In this document: piece after piece, positions 1 to 9,076 of the stretch | How positions within the stretch are numbered: position 1 is the first letter of the stretch | Layout: the number at the start of each line of letters is the position of its first letter | Source: Aureliella sp. | GTDB taxonomy: Bacteria; Planctomycetota; Planctomycetia; Pirellulales; Pirellulaceae | Reading direction: 5' to 3' | DNA: 64,000 bases | Assembly: GCA_963691875.1 (NCBI GenBank) | Contig: OY829846.1 | Span: 1,696,001 to 1,760,000, forward strand | Program-made: the position numbers and the translations under genes | Notes under the pieces: generated by a model | What the model was told of the DNA's origin: nothing | Databases searched by the model: none | Seen by the model: the letters and a program-made list of their open reading frames with translations, nothing else

Positions 1-2
1 CA

Positions 3-566
3 AAGGCTTGGCACGAAATTCAAAATTCACCAGAACGAAGCGCGTATCAAGGAATGATCGTTGGCTCCGATTGCTCGATGGTCTCCCGTATTGAACACAT
101 TCGCGTTGGCGGCATCACCGCTAGTAAGACGCGTTTAGATGGAACAACTACGTACGCAAATACCTCAGCATTCTTTATCAAAAGAAAGGTATTCAATGCC
201 TTGTCTGGATTTGATGAAACCGTTGTACGTGGCGAAGACAGCCTCCTCCTATATCAGCTCCTTGCCAACAACGATCCCCCTATGCTGCTGCCTCATGCGA
301 TACTTGAACACCGACCACGAATGAACTTGCTCCCGTATATCGCAAAGCACTTTAAGATTGGACGTCACACATTACTCGCCCGTCATCGACTGGCGTTTTC
401 TCCAGGTGGACGACTCGACCATGTTGGACGAATGCGAGTAATTCATCACATGCGAAGGCTTTCCAAAGAACATTCGCTCCCGATAGCTTCGTTTTCAATG
501 GCAATTCTTTGCTATGCCATCGAATGCAGTGGCCGATTGACCGCTGCAGTGTCGTACCGCTGTTAA
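3..566 (+). CDS. Glycosyltransferase family 2, C-terminal part (5' end outside window)
   Basis: Frame is open from base 3. FFIKRKVFNALSGFDETVVRGEDSLLLYQL matches the GT2 C-terminal GGFDE..ED.DL..RL pattern. Visibly AT-richer than the rest of the window. Confidence 0.7.
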   Translation, partial: KAWHEIQNSPERSAYQGMIVGSDCSMVSRIEHIRVGGITASKTRLDGTTTYANTSAFFIKRKVFNALSGFDETVVRGEDSLLLYQLLANNDPPMLLPHAILEHRPRMNLLPYIAKHFKIGRHTLLARHRLAFSPGGRLDHVGRMRVIHHMRRLSKEHSLPIASFSMAILCYAIECSGRLTAAVSYRC

Positions 567-668
567 TTCAAATTGACCTATTTTCATATACAAAGATTAA
601 ATTCATAAGCTCGTCGGAAGTATCGGGCGGGCGGGCCATAAGCCATCCTTTGTTTATGTGATTCTGAC

Positions 669-995
669 ATGATCAAAGATCAAACTCAAGTTGGAAGTTC
701 AATCAAATTGAAGCATGACAATATTGATGTCGTGTTTGTTGAGTGTGCCAATGCCTTAGGCGATCCGAAAGAAACCAGCACACGTATTTATCAATACCTT
801 TGTGGCTTACTGGATAAATCTGGAACCGCATCGGCCATTGACCCTAGCCTCAAGTGCCAGCATATTCTCTCTACCAGCGAACGAACTAAAGATCACTTAG
901 TCAAATATCCACCAACACGGCTTCGCAAAGAGCGCACGATGCCCAATTGGACTCCCACTAACATACTCAGCCTCTCAGGGACACACCGCAGTTAA
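669..995 (+). pseudogene. Probable remnant of a sulfotransferase-family gene (C-terminal segment only)
   Basis: NIDVVFVECANALGDPKETSTRIYQYLCGLLDKSGTASAIDPSL resembles the sulfotransferase C-terminus (V.Y..L..DP......I..FLG....m..aiDPsL). No PAPS-binding loop and no intact upstream frame. Confidence 0.4.
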
Positions 996-1132
996 AAAAC
1001 TGCTGTATATGCATCAATGATTGGGTTTTTTCGTATATCTCAAAATACACTCTGCACACATGAACGACCGTACTCTTTGCATGATCAGGCCAGCGTGCTG
1101 CAGCATTAATCGACGCTCGATACAAAACGTAG

Positions 1133-1161
1133 AAAACCCACCTCCTAAGAGGTGGGTTTTT
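1133..1161. terminator. Bidirectional intrinsic terminator
   Basis: Perfect inverted repeat AAAACCCACCTC-CTAA-GAGGTGGGTTTT with A/T tails on both sides, between convergent genes. Confidence 0.8.
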
Positions 1162-1326
1162 GACTTCCGGTCCTCTCGACGGTAACAGCCGTAGTGGATC
1201 TGAATGTGGCGTGGGAAGACTTCTGCCAGGTGCTCCAGCAACTGAGGACGGTGGCCATTCTATGCGTAGATCAGCAGGTCGTATTGATCCGTTAGTGGCT
1301 CGCCAGGCCAGGGGTCGACTCGCTTT

Positions 1327-1899
1327 TCAAGCGAGTTCCTCAGGTTCACCGAGCACTTCGTCCAGCAGGGGTTTGAGAGCAAGGTGATGTGCCAAACCCT
1401 GGATCTGTTGACGGTCGGCCTCAGAGGAGGTGCGGTAGATCTGACGCAGGTCGCGGCGACTCTTGTGGCTCCCTTTGCTAATCCAGACCAATTTCGAGGC
1501 GGCCGAATCCACCCTCGACACGACAGGAAGCCGTACACCGGCAAAGACCTCGATCAGGCATGATCGATCCAGCTCCCCCTCAATTAGCTCGCGTGGGTAG
1601 ATGTCAAGCTTGAGAGCCTCGACCTTATCGAGTAACTGAAACATCTCACGCCGCTCCACCGCCCGCCGAACGGAGGGGAGATCAAACAGGAAGTCGCCTG
1701 TGTCGAGCCGTCGGAAAAACGCTTCGAGTTGTTCTGCCAGAACCTCGTTATCAACAACGATGTCAATGTCTTGCGTCATCCTCGGCTCGCCGTACAAGAC
1801 GGAGGTGACTCCACCCGTCAGATGAAATCGAACGCCGAGTTGCTGGAAGATTTCCGTCGCCTTGCCAAGAGTCGCCTGAAAGGCCTCAACGGGAAACAT
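1327..1899 (-). CDS. Nucleotidyltransferase-fold protein (AbiEii/DUF1814/MenT-like putative toxin)
   Basis: FHLTGGVTSVLYGEPRMTQDIDIVV (GG...R.T.DxD motif), later SKL and RRDL motifs. Start chosen at ATG 1899 (MFPVE); overlaps the upstream small ORF. Confidence 0.7.
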   Translation of the reverse strand: MFPVEAFQATLGKATEIFQQLGVRFHLTGGVTSVLYGEPRMTQDIDIVVDNEVLAEQLEAFFRRLDTGDFLFDLPSVRRAVERREMFQLLDKVEALKLDIYPRELIEGELDRSCLIEVFAGVRLPVVSRVDSAASKLVWISKGSHKSRRDLRQIYRTSSEADRQQIQGLAHHLALKPLLDEVLGEPEELA

Positions 1900-2128
1900 C
1901 TCTAAGCCTTTGGTCAATGATGGCTTTAGCCGTTTTGTCTGAGCCGTACATTCGCCTGGCGACTTCCCATTTCAGGCGTTCGTCAGAGAGCGGACCAAGC
2001 TCAGCGGTGACTTGTCGAGCAAGCAGATCTCGGGTCCATTTCAGCATCGCGGCACATCGGGCGATCCGCTCTTGTGGGGATAACGCATCCATCGCGGAGT
2101 TGTACTGTTGTTCAACGATCGAAGACAT
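1886..2128 (-). CDS. Small helical protein, putative antitoxin partner of the nucleotidyltransferase
   Basis: 80 aa with an LSPQERI..C..M pattern; its end overlaps the start of the downstream NTase gene. Confidence 0.6.
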   Translation of the reverse strand: MSSIVEQQYNSAMDALSPQERIARCAAMLKWTRDLLARQVTAELGPLSDERLKWEVARRMYGSDKTAKAIIDQRLRDVSR

Positions 2129-2415
2129 CGCGTCCTAAGCCCTGCTGTGAAGTGACGGCTCAATGATTCTCGTAAGATACCACAACTATCGATGTCGCCG
2201 TAGACTGTCGCCTCCTGAGCCGCTCCCGTTTTTGATCCAGGCGTTATGAGAGTACGGGCTGGGTAACAGATCGGGTTTCGTTGTGCTGATGGAACGGAGT
2301 ATGCGCAGCAAACGGGCCTGAATCAGCAGAGCGACGTGCGATCTCATCCGGGGGTAGGCCACCGACGGAACTAGAAGAGAGATAGCCGTTGTAGTCTTCC
2401 CGCCAGGCCGCATCA

Positions 2416-3306
2416 TTGGAGAGCACCCGGAAACCAGCGGTTCAAAATGGCTCAGAAACACAAGGTAAGACAAAAGCAAGCATGTCACATAAGTCGTTGC
2501 TCAATCGGCTGAAAATCCATTTGGCATGTCGTAGGTACTCCCCTGGGAAACCTACCGTAACGGGGACATCCCCGAAACGAATGGAGTCGGTATTTCTGAT
2601 TGCCCGGCTGCTTGGCCGCGGAACAAGCGATCACCCGATTTCTAGCCCAAACTCTCGGTCGTCTCTCTGTCTCAACTCCGCTGGTCAAACGGATTTAGCA
2701 GACTCCCCTGTCGCACCGAAATCGAAAAAGGACGTCAATAAGCAACAGCCAGTCGGAGCACAGGAAAAGCCCGCAGGAACGACTGACGAGATAACGAAGA
2801 GCTTGATCGTTCAGAAGCTGTCGCCATTTGCAGCGGAAGTGCGCCACCCCAAAAACTGGTCCTTCAGTCAAAAAAACGAAGGCGGTAATTTCACGTGGGT
2901 TATCTCAGAAGCCAAACCGCAAAAGGCCGGGCAACCATTCGAGGCAGGCGTCGAGATCAAAGCCTTCTATGAGGTATCAGCACGGACCCCAAAATCCCCG
3001 GAAGAGTTTGCAGGGGAATATTTGGAAAAGATGAGTGACACTAAACACTCAAAAGTACTGCATCAGTTGAAGCAACAAGCTGGCCCGCTGACTGCGTTTA
3101 CGCGGACCGTTGAACTGCCTAAAGCAGTATTGGCGACCGATGTATATTGGGGAGACGGAAAACAATTAGATGTGGTAGTCGTTGTCACGAGAAAAGCTCC
3201 CCAAAAACGGTGGAATGCAATCCAGCCAATCTTCAGAAATCTGACGGGTTTCAGTCTGCGCACAATTGTGGAGGGGACTCGCGAAACTGCAGGGGACTCA
3301 AAGTGA
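2416..3306 (+). CDS. Hypothetical protein; C-terminal domain PsbP/DcrB-like, true start uncertain
   Basis: FAAEVRHPKNWS...SPEEFAGEYL...VVVVVTRKAP..RW..IQPIFRNL fits a PsbP/Mog1-like pattern. The N-terminal 100 aa look non-coding or low complexity. Confidence 0.5.
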   Translation: MESTRKPAVQNGSETQGKTKASMSHKSLLNRLKIHLACRRYSPGKPTVTGTSPKRMESVFLIARLLGRGTSDHPISSPNSRSSLCLNSAGQTDLADSPVAPKSKKDVNKQQPVGAQEKPAGTTDEITKSLIVQKLSPFAAEVRHPKNWSFSQKNEGGNFTWVISEAKPQKAGQPFEAGVEIKAFYEVSARTPKSPEEFAGEYLEKMSDTKHSKVLHQLKQQAGPLTAFTRTVELPKAVLATDVYWGDGKQLDVVVVVTRKAPQKRWNAIQPIFRNLTGFSLRTIVEGTRETAGDSK

Positions 3307-4398
3307 ATCAATTCAGTGAACGCGTATTTCTGCTGCCGAGGCAATTGAACCACATTTGGTAAGGCCACCCGATGATCATTCACCGCTTAACAAGACCCAA
3401 TCATCACGCTATGCGCAACGAGTTGAACCGTGAGATCACCTCAGCGGTTGGGCGGCTATGAAGGTGAGAAAAAAGACCCACGCATGAATCAGCCTGATTC
3501 GTGCAAAGAGCCTCGTGCTACCTCCGTCGTCCTGGCCTCTCACCGGGGCAGATGTCATGAAACCTGACAAACACTTGTTCCGCGAGAGCCGGGAAGAGCC
3601 GGACACCACTGACGGGGTGGTTTTCTGGATACGAACTCTGGTAAGTCGATTGGGAGTTTACGTGTCGGAGGCATCGTGAAATCCCTAGAGATGTACCTGG
3701 ACGGCCGATGGCTTGCGGCAGAAACACGGGAAAAATCAGATGTAGTGGGGAGACTCAAGCATCGAGAGGTTATTTGAAATTAGACAAGGTTCCATCACCG
3801 GCATGAGCCACAGCAGCCTTGTCATTCCTGATTCTTGCTGAGTCCACATGGTCGGATGCCCAATGTAACCCGATAGGGACGTTCAGGTGCTCACTTCCCC
3901 TCTCAAGCTCGCCGCTATCTTTTTTTCTATCGGTCGCTAACCCATGGCGGGACAACTCAAAGGCAGATAGCCAAACCTCAGACGCCACATCCGCCGGGGG
4001 GCCGCGCGGCCATCGTCGCCCGCTGGCTTGGATAGAGTTCGAAAGCGGTACCTCTGACAGTCTCGCGCGTCATTGACAAGATTTGCAAGAAACACACAAC
4101 GCGTGAACAGCATCTGATTTTAACCATTACTTCCGGCCTGACGTTTCGATACACGACCGAGCAGAACATGGACTGGTCAACCCTGGAACCGAGAGAGTTA
4201 GACGCACATCGCACACCTGAAACACCGAGAGTTTCGCCCTGCATCCACTTCGGGCAATGAAACCTGAGATGTTACCAGTCTCATCTCTACTATTCGAACG
4301 GAGCTCGGCTCCCGCGACTAAATGAGGAAAACCCTTGGCTGAGTCCAACTCATCGAGCTGTTTTTAGTCAGCTTTGGAATTCGGTGCAGCAGTCGGGC

Positions 4399-5976
4399 TC
4401 ACCCCAAGCAACAACTTCCTGTTTCGATATCGCCGATTCTTTTGCGAATCGCCGCCGCTTCGCGTCCGCGACCTTCGAGCTCGAGAATCGCGGCTTCATT
4501 CTCAAGAGAATGAACGAGAGATTGCCATTTGTTGGCTGCGAGCATTCGAACCTGTACTTCGTGTAGTGCGTCAAGCGCTTCGTCTAATCTTCCCATGATG
4601 AGCATCGCGTTGGCTAGATCCGCTGATGCGGCAAGTCGCCCGGGCCAGTTTGCTGCTTCACTGATCGAAAGAGCTTGGCCTAAGAACTGGCTTCCTTGTT
4701 CGTAGGCACCATTGTGAATTTTCATGGCCCCGAGTACGGCGAGGGCGGAGGCTCGAATGTTCGGATTATCGGATTCCGCTTCCCGGCCAAGGATTGTTGT
4801 AGCGACCGCTAGCTGCCCTTGAGCGGCCATCGCTCGAGCGAGTGTGATTTGCAGATACGGTCGGATGCGGGCGATTGCCTGTGTTTCGGCTCGTTTGATC
4901 GACAGCGTCGCCACGTGCGGCTGTCCAGTTGCGATCTGATATTCCGCAATTGCTGTCCATAGAGCCGCTTCCGGTGTTAGTGATGGATCAACTTGGATTC
5001 CAATTCGCGAACACCACGGCGCCATGGCCATAGTCAGCTCTCGTGGTAGCTGATCGCTAGGATGGGCAAGTCGTACAGCTTGCTCCCAAAACACAGAATC
5101 CACTGATGGCATCTCTTGATCTGGGCTACGCGCGTGAATCGAAACCAGCTGGCTGCTCGTGGCCGCCTTCCAGCACTGCCGCGCTTGTGGAACTTGATCG
5201 GTGCGAAGTGAAGCTTCGCATGCCATGAGCCATAAGTCGGAAGCCACGCTCGAGGAGCCAACTTGCGCAGCTAGCTCGGCACCAGATACAAAGGATTCAA
5301 TTGCTGAGGCGGTCTGTTCGCTGGCGACTTGTAGTTCGCCCTTAAAGCGAATTGCTTCGAGTTTGAGTAATGGACTTTGGAAACCTGCGGCGATGTCTGT
5401 TAGCTTACCAATCACAGCCTGCGTCGACTTCGCGTCGGTGGCGGTGGTAACCAGTGAACGCAGGTTCGCACGCCACTCTTTGGCCAACTCTGGCTTTGCC
5501 TTCAGTTCAGCTTGCAGTTCGGCCCAAAGAGATGCAGTGCGTTCGTTGCCCAAGCTCTGGGCGACAAACTGAAGCGTGTCAGAGTTTGCATGCTCGGGCG
5601 GTTCGAGCAGGAGACGGCGTGCCGAGCGAGTATGAAGCTGAACAAAAACTCTTGCCGATTGCAGCTTCTTCCGTTCGAGGAGTGTGATGACCTGCTTAAG
5701 CAATTCGCCAGTAGGCAAAGCCTTGCAAGTTCCGCCTCCCAGGAGTTTTTCTTGTCCGTTGAAGCGAATCTGTTTGGCCCGTGGATTCGACACACGCGTT
5801 GCGTCAGCTGCAGCTCCTGCACGCTCGGAGATGGATCCAGGACTATTGGCCTGATCATCGTCAAATCCAAGCTGATCAGAGATAGGACTTGAGAAGATCG
5901 CACATCCGGAAAATGACAATAGGCTTCCGAGCAATATCCATGAGACGCTGCGAGCTGGTTGCGAGTTTTTTGACAT
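4399..5976 (-). CDS. TPR-rich lipoprotein, candidate secretin partner/pilotin
   Basis: Start MSKNSQ after a GAGGAAG RBS; lipobox LLSFSG-C; Ala/Leu-rich helical repeats; 17 bp downstream of the secretin stop. Confidence 0.75.
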   Translation of the reverse strand: MSKNSQPARSVSWILLGSLLSFSGCAIFSSPISDQLGFDDDQANSPGSISERAGAAADATRVSNPRAKQIRFNGQEKLLGGGTCKALPTGELLKQVITLLERKKLQSARVFVQLHTRSARRLLLEPPEHANSDTLQFVAQSLGNERTASLWAELQAELKAKPELAKEWRANLRSLVTTATDAKSTQAVIGKLTDIAAGFQSPLLKLEAIRFKGELQVASEQTASAIESFVSGAELAAQVGSSSVASDLWLMACEASLRTDQVPQARQCWKAATSSQLVSIHARSPDQEMPSVDSVFWEQAVRLAHPSDQLPRELTMAMAPWCSRIGIQVDPSLTPEAALWTAIAEYQIATGQPHVATLSIKRAETQAIARIRPYLQITLARAMAAQGQLAVATTILGREAESDNPNIRASALAVLGAMKIHNGAYEQGSQFLGQALSISEAANWPGRLAASADLANAMLIMGRLDEALDALHEVQVRMLAANKWQSLVHSLENEAAILELEGRGREAAAIRKRIGDIETGSCCLG

Positions 5977-5992
5977 GTCTATACTCGCTTCC

Positions 5993-8092
5993 TCAGTAAA
6001 TGGCCGGAATGACATTGTGCATCTGGAGCAAGCTCGCTCGCTTGGCACATTCGGGAGCTGGACGAACCACCTCGCAAGGTAGATAGGTATTCATTGTTCC
6101 CCTCGGATCTGCCCCATTGGGATGCAATGAATGCTCGGCGACGAAGCACTGGCTTCTTTCGGCCGCCTCAGCTGGCGTGTTAAACACATAAGGACGTATC
6201 ATCACGATGAGCTCACTTCGTTGACGACCAGTGCCTTGACGTCGGAACAGAAAACCGAGCTTGGGAATATCGCCCAGGAATGGAATCTGATCACGAGTGT
6301 CCGAAACCTGATCCTCTATTAATCCGCCGAGGGCAACTGCCATACCGTCTTGAGCAACGACAGTTCCCGTGACGCTTCGACGTCGAACTGTATCGACGTT
6401 TACGGACGTCACCGTCGCGCCATTGGTCGAAGGAACTGGGATGGATGCTCCACCAATGATCCGCTCGCTATTTTCTTCGACAATTCGCAGCGTCACGGTA
6501 CGATCCGAGTTAATGTTGGGCGTGATCAGCAGCGATTGGCCCACATCGCGCAGCTCGGTGATTGGAGTCGGCGCTACGGCACCATTTACTGCTCCCACTG
6601 CACCGCCAACAATCTGCCCAGGCGTAAAACCAACCGTAAAAGGGAGCGTATCGCCGACGAAAATCCGACTAACTTCGTTGTTCGCGGTCAGGATTAGCGG
6701 CGTCGCAAGTGCCGTGACTCGGTTCTTGCTTTCGAGCAACTGCATGCGGAATCGAAAGTCGTCATCAATGACTTGGAATGTCAATGCACCGGGTACATTG
6801 CCTGAGACCCCCAATCCGTTTGCCAGCGTGCGAGCGGTGGCTGAGCCGCCTGGAAACGGTTGTGCCGGTGCAACGGAGAACGGAGCTCCATCAGAGAAAG
6901 CTCCAGCCATATCGTTGTCGCCCGCAAAGTATTCGAAAGCGCTGTTGAGTCCATCTGCCAATTCGACACGCAGGACTTTGACTTCGAGCAACACTGTCGG
7001 AGTTGGCACATCCAGCTCTGCAACGAGTCGTTCGATCTGCTCCATTGTGCGAGGATCGCCAGTACGCACTAAGACTTGATTGTTACGTCGAATCGTAGAA
7101 ACGTAAATTGTTGCTTCTTTGCGACGCAACAATTCACTGCGTTGGTCTTCGTCAAGGTTGCCAGCTGCCAGCTGGTTCTCAATCGCTTGGATTTCTGATG
7201 AGGACAGATCGGAAAGTGGCTGTCCGTCCGCAGTAGATAAGCTCCGCTGACTTACGCGGGATCGGGAGCGATTGGTCAGGCCTCCACCGAGTCCGCCACT
7301 GAAGCCCCCCAATCCTCCACCAAAACCTCCCAGGCCACCGAATCCCAGGCCGCCTCCGCCAAATCCTCCGACTCCGAGTCCATTCGAGTTGCCTAAGTTG
7401 TTTTGTCCTAGTCCACTTCCGCCGCCAAAAGTACCAAGTCCCAGTGCTCTACCGTCGACCAGGTCAAATCGATTGAAGCGTTGGGTGAGCTCGATGAAGT
7501 CCGTGAAGTCATTGTCGGCTGAGTTCAGTTGCACCCGATCGCCATAGACATGCTGTATGGCTTGTGCGACTGCAGTCGGATTCGGATAGAGCAACGTGAA
7601 CACCCGAGTTTCTTCGTCTCGGAAACTCGTCAGATCTCGCTCGTACTCTTCCCGAGTCGCGATGCGGATGATTCCAGACTGATCGTCCACTCGGTAGAAA
7701 AGACCGTTTGCTTTTACGATCGCATCGATGGCGTCGATGGCCCGAACGTTCTCAAAATAGACCGTGATCTCTTTTTCGCCGGCATCCGCGCTGGTGATGA
7801 CCTTTAGCCCTACTTCTTTAGACAGTGTCTGCACTGCTTGCGCAAGCGGCACTTTTTCGAAATCGACCAGAGGAATTTCAGTACGCGCGCTTGCTGGCAA
7901 CGCCTCAGCCCGATCCGTCAAATCGATTGGTTCAACTGGCAACACCGGACGGGGACCTGGAAGGCTTGGCAGTTCGCCCGGTGATTGCGAACCGCCAATT
8001 TGCAGATCAGTGAGTCTTTGAGCCTGCACCAATTGAGGCAGACCAGTAGCCAGTGCTAAGAAGAACAATAAGACTCGGTAATTCAGGAGCAC
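5993..8092 (-). CDS. gspD: Secretin (GspD/PilQ family)
   Basis: Signal peptide, N0-type domain (VDFEKVPLAQAVQTLS), NNQVLVR...LDVPTPTVLLEVKV, ATPLILTANNE, ITPNINSD, IPFLGDIPKLGFLFR, SELIVMIRPYV. Confidence 0.93.
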   Translation of the reverse strand: MLLNYRVLLFFLALATGLPQLVQAQRLTDLQIGGSQSPGELPSLPGPRPVLPVEPIDLTDRAEALPASARTEIPLVDFEKVPLAQAVQTLSKEVGLKVITSADAGEKEITVYFENVRAIDAIDAIVKANGLFYRVDDQSGIIRIATREEYERDLTSFRDEETRVFTLLYPNPTAVAQAIQHVYGDRVQLNSADNDFTDFIELTQRFNRFDLVDGRALGLGTFGGGSGLGQNNLGNSNGLGVGGFGGGGLGFGGLGGFGGGLGGFSGGLGGGLTNRSRSRVSQRSLSTADGQPLSDLSSSEIQAIENQLAAGNLDEDQRSELLRRKEATIYVSTIRRNNQVLVRTGDPRTMEQIERLVAELDVPTPTVLLEVKVLRVELADGLNSAFEYFAGDNDMAGAFSDGAPFSVAPAQPFPGGSATARTLANGLGVSGNVPGALTFQVIDDDFRFRMQLLESKNRVTALATPLILTANNEVSRIFVGDTLPFTVGFTPGQIVGGAVGAVNGAVAPTPITELRDVGQSLLITPNINSDRTVTLRIVEENSERIIGGASIPVPSTNGATVTSVNVDTVRRRSVTGTVVAQDGMAVALGGLIEDQVSDTRDQIPFLGDIPKLGFLFRRQGTGRQRSELIVMIRPYVFNTPAEAAERSQCFVAEHSLHPNGADPRGTMNTYLPCEVVRPAPECAKRASLLQMHNVIPAIY

Positions 8093-8415
8093 TAGCGCAA
8101 CTTCACCCTAGAACCAATATGGTGGAACACGACCTTTCAAGTGGATCGGTTAGGTAAACTTTGCGGCTTGAGTCGAATATGCGGATTCTGTGCGATGGTG
8201 AAGTGTCAGTACTGCCCCAAAGGCTTGCTTTTGCAGCTGAAGGATCCAACAAACGCTCCAGTGAGGTGGTTTTTCGCAGGCAATGTCAGACCAATTAGTG
8301 GCTTTTGAGGGATTTCACATGTAGAATTTGAGAAAATACCCTTTGCTCGTCCGGATAATGCTTGCGGACCGTATGCTACGCGAGCTTAATGAGGATCTGG
8401 AAAGGATCAAACTGC

Positions 8416-8901
8416 GTGAAACCTAAGTCCGAAGCCAGAAGCCACCAGAGCACTCGATTTCGTGTGGGTGGTTGGTTGTGCGTGGTTCTTGGGGTGATGT
8501 GGGCTTTCAGTCCCGTTCTTCACGGTCTTTTCCATATTACTGACGTAGCTCACCACCACCCTGAGGGGTCCGTGCACGGGCACTATAGCACGTCACATCA
8601 TGGCCACGATCACGCCGATGGGAGTCATTCCCATACTTCGCGTCCTCAGCAGGAGTCCGGCAAGGATTCTGGCGAACGACCAGACGGTGAGCCTCAGGAT
8701 GATCACAAGTCTCCGCAACCGCCCGCGGAAGACTTCCCAACATTTCTCTTTTCTGCACTTGAGCTGGCTGCATCGGATGATATTTCGATTGAAGTCGAGC
8801 TGAGCGAGACTTCGCACCTAGGCGATGAGGTCTTTGAAAGTGTTCGTTTTGATGTCTCGACTTTCGTCGGAGCGGCAGGTCCTCGCGGGCCGCCTGCGTA
8901 A
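8416..8901 (+). CDS. His-rich membrane-targeted leader protein ending in RGPPA (putative arrest peptide, DUF2946-like architecture)
   Basis: GTG 8416 after AAAGGA; hydrophobic segment GGWLCVVLGVMWAFSPVL; 13 His in about 40 aa; acidic linker; C-terminus AAGPRGPPA-stop. Confidence 0.75.
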   Translation: MKPKSEARSHQSTRFRVGGWLCVVLGVMWAFSPVLHGLFHITDVAHHHPEGSVHGHYSTSHHGHDHADGSHSHTSRPQQESGKDSGERPDGEPQDDHKSPQPPAEDFPTFLFSALELAASDDISIEVELSETSHLGDEVFESVRFDVSTFVGAAGPRGPPA

Positions 8902-8912
8902 TCGTTCGCCGA

Positions 8913-8931
8913 AGATCTCCGTCGGAGATCT
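8913..8931 (+). promoter_or_regulatory. Hairpin immediately after the RGPP ORF stop
   Basis: Perfect inverted repeat AGATCTCC-GTC-GGAGATCT, 11 nt after the TAA; no U-tract directly after it. Confidence 0.5.
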
Positions 8932-9076
8932 GCGTTAAATAGCGATTCTTAGACTGAGTCTTTCGCATTCTGGCGAGAGACCTCCGCCGATTATTTTTTG
9001 TGCCGCGACTAAAGCAGGTGCGTAATGATGGTCGGTGTATCAAATCAAAACTCACTCATATTCTGACGTCATTCCA

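Noticed and set aside
2581..2630. Mutated lipobox (FLIARLLG-R-GTS) suggesting a pseudogenised lipoprotein
   Set aside because: The hydrophobic stretch is short and interrupted by Arg; it cannot be supported without homologues.
6369..7079. 236-aa plus-strand ORF and the Pro-rich ORF at 7272-7547
   Set aside because: Antisense to the secretin; the Pro richness mirrors its Gly codons.
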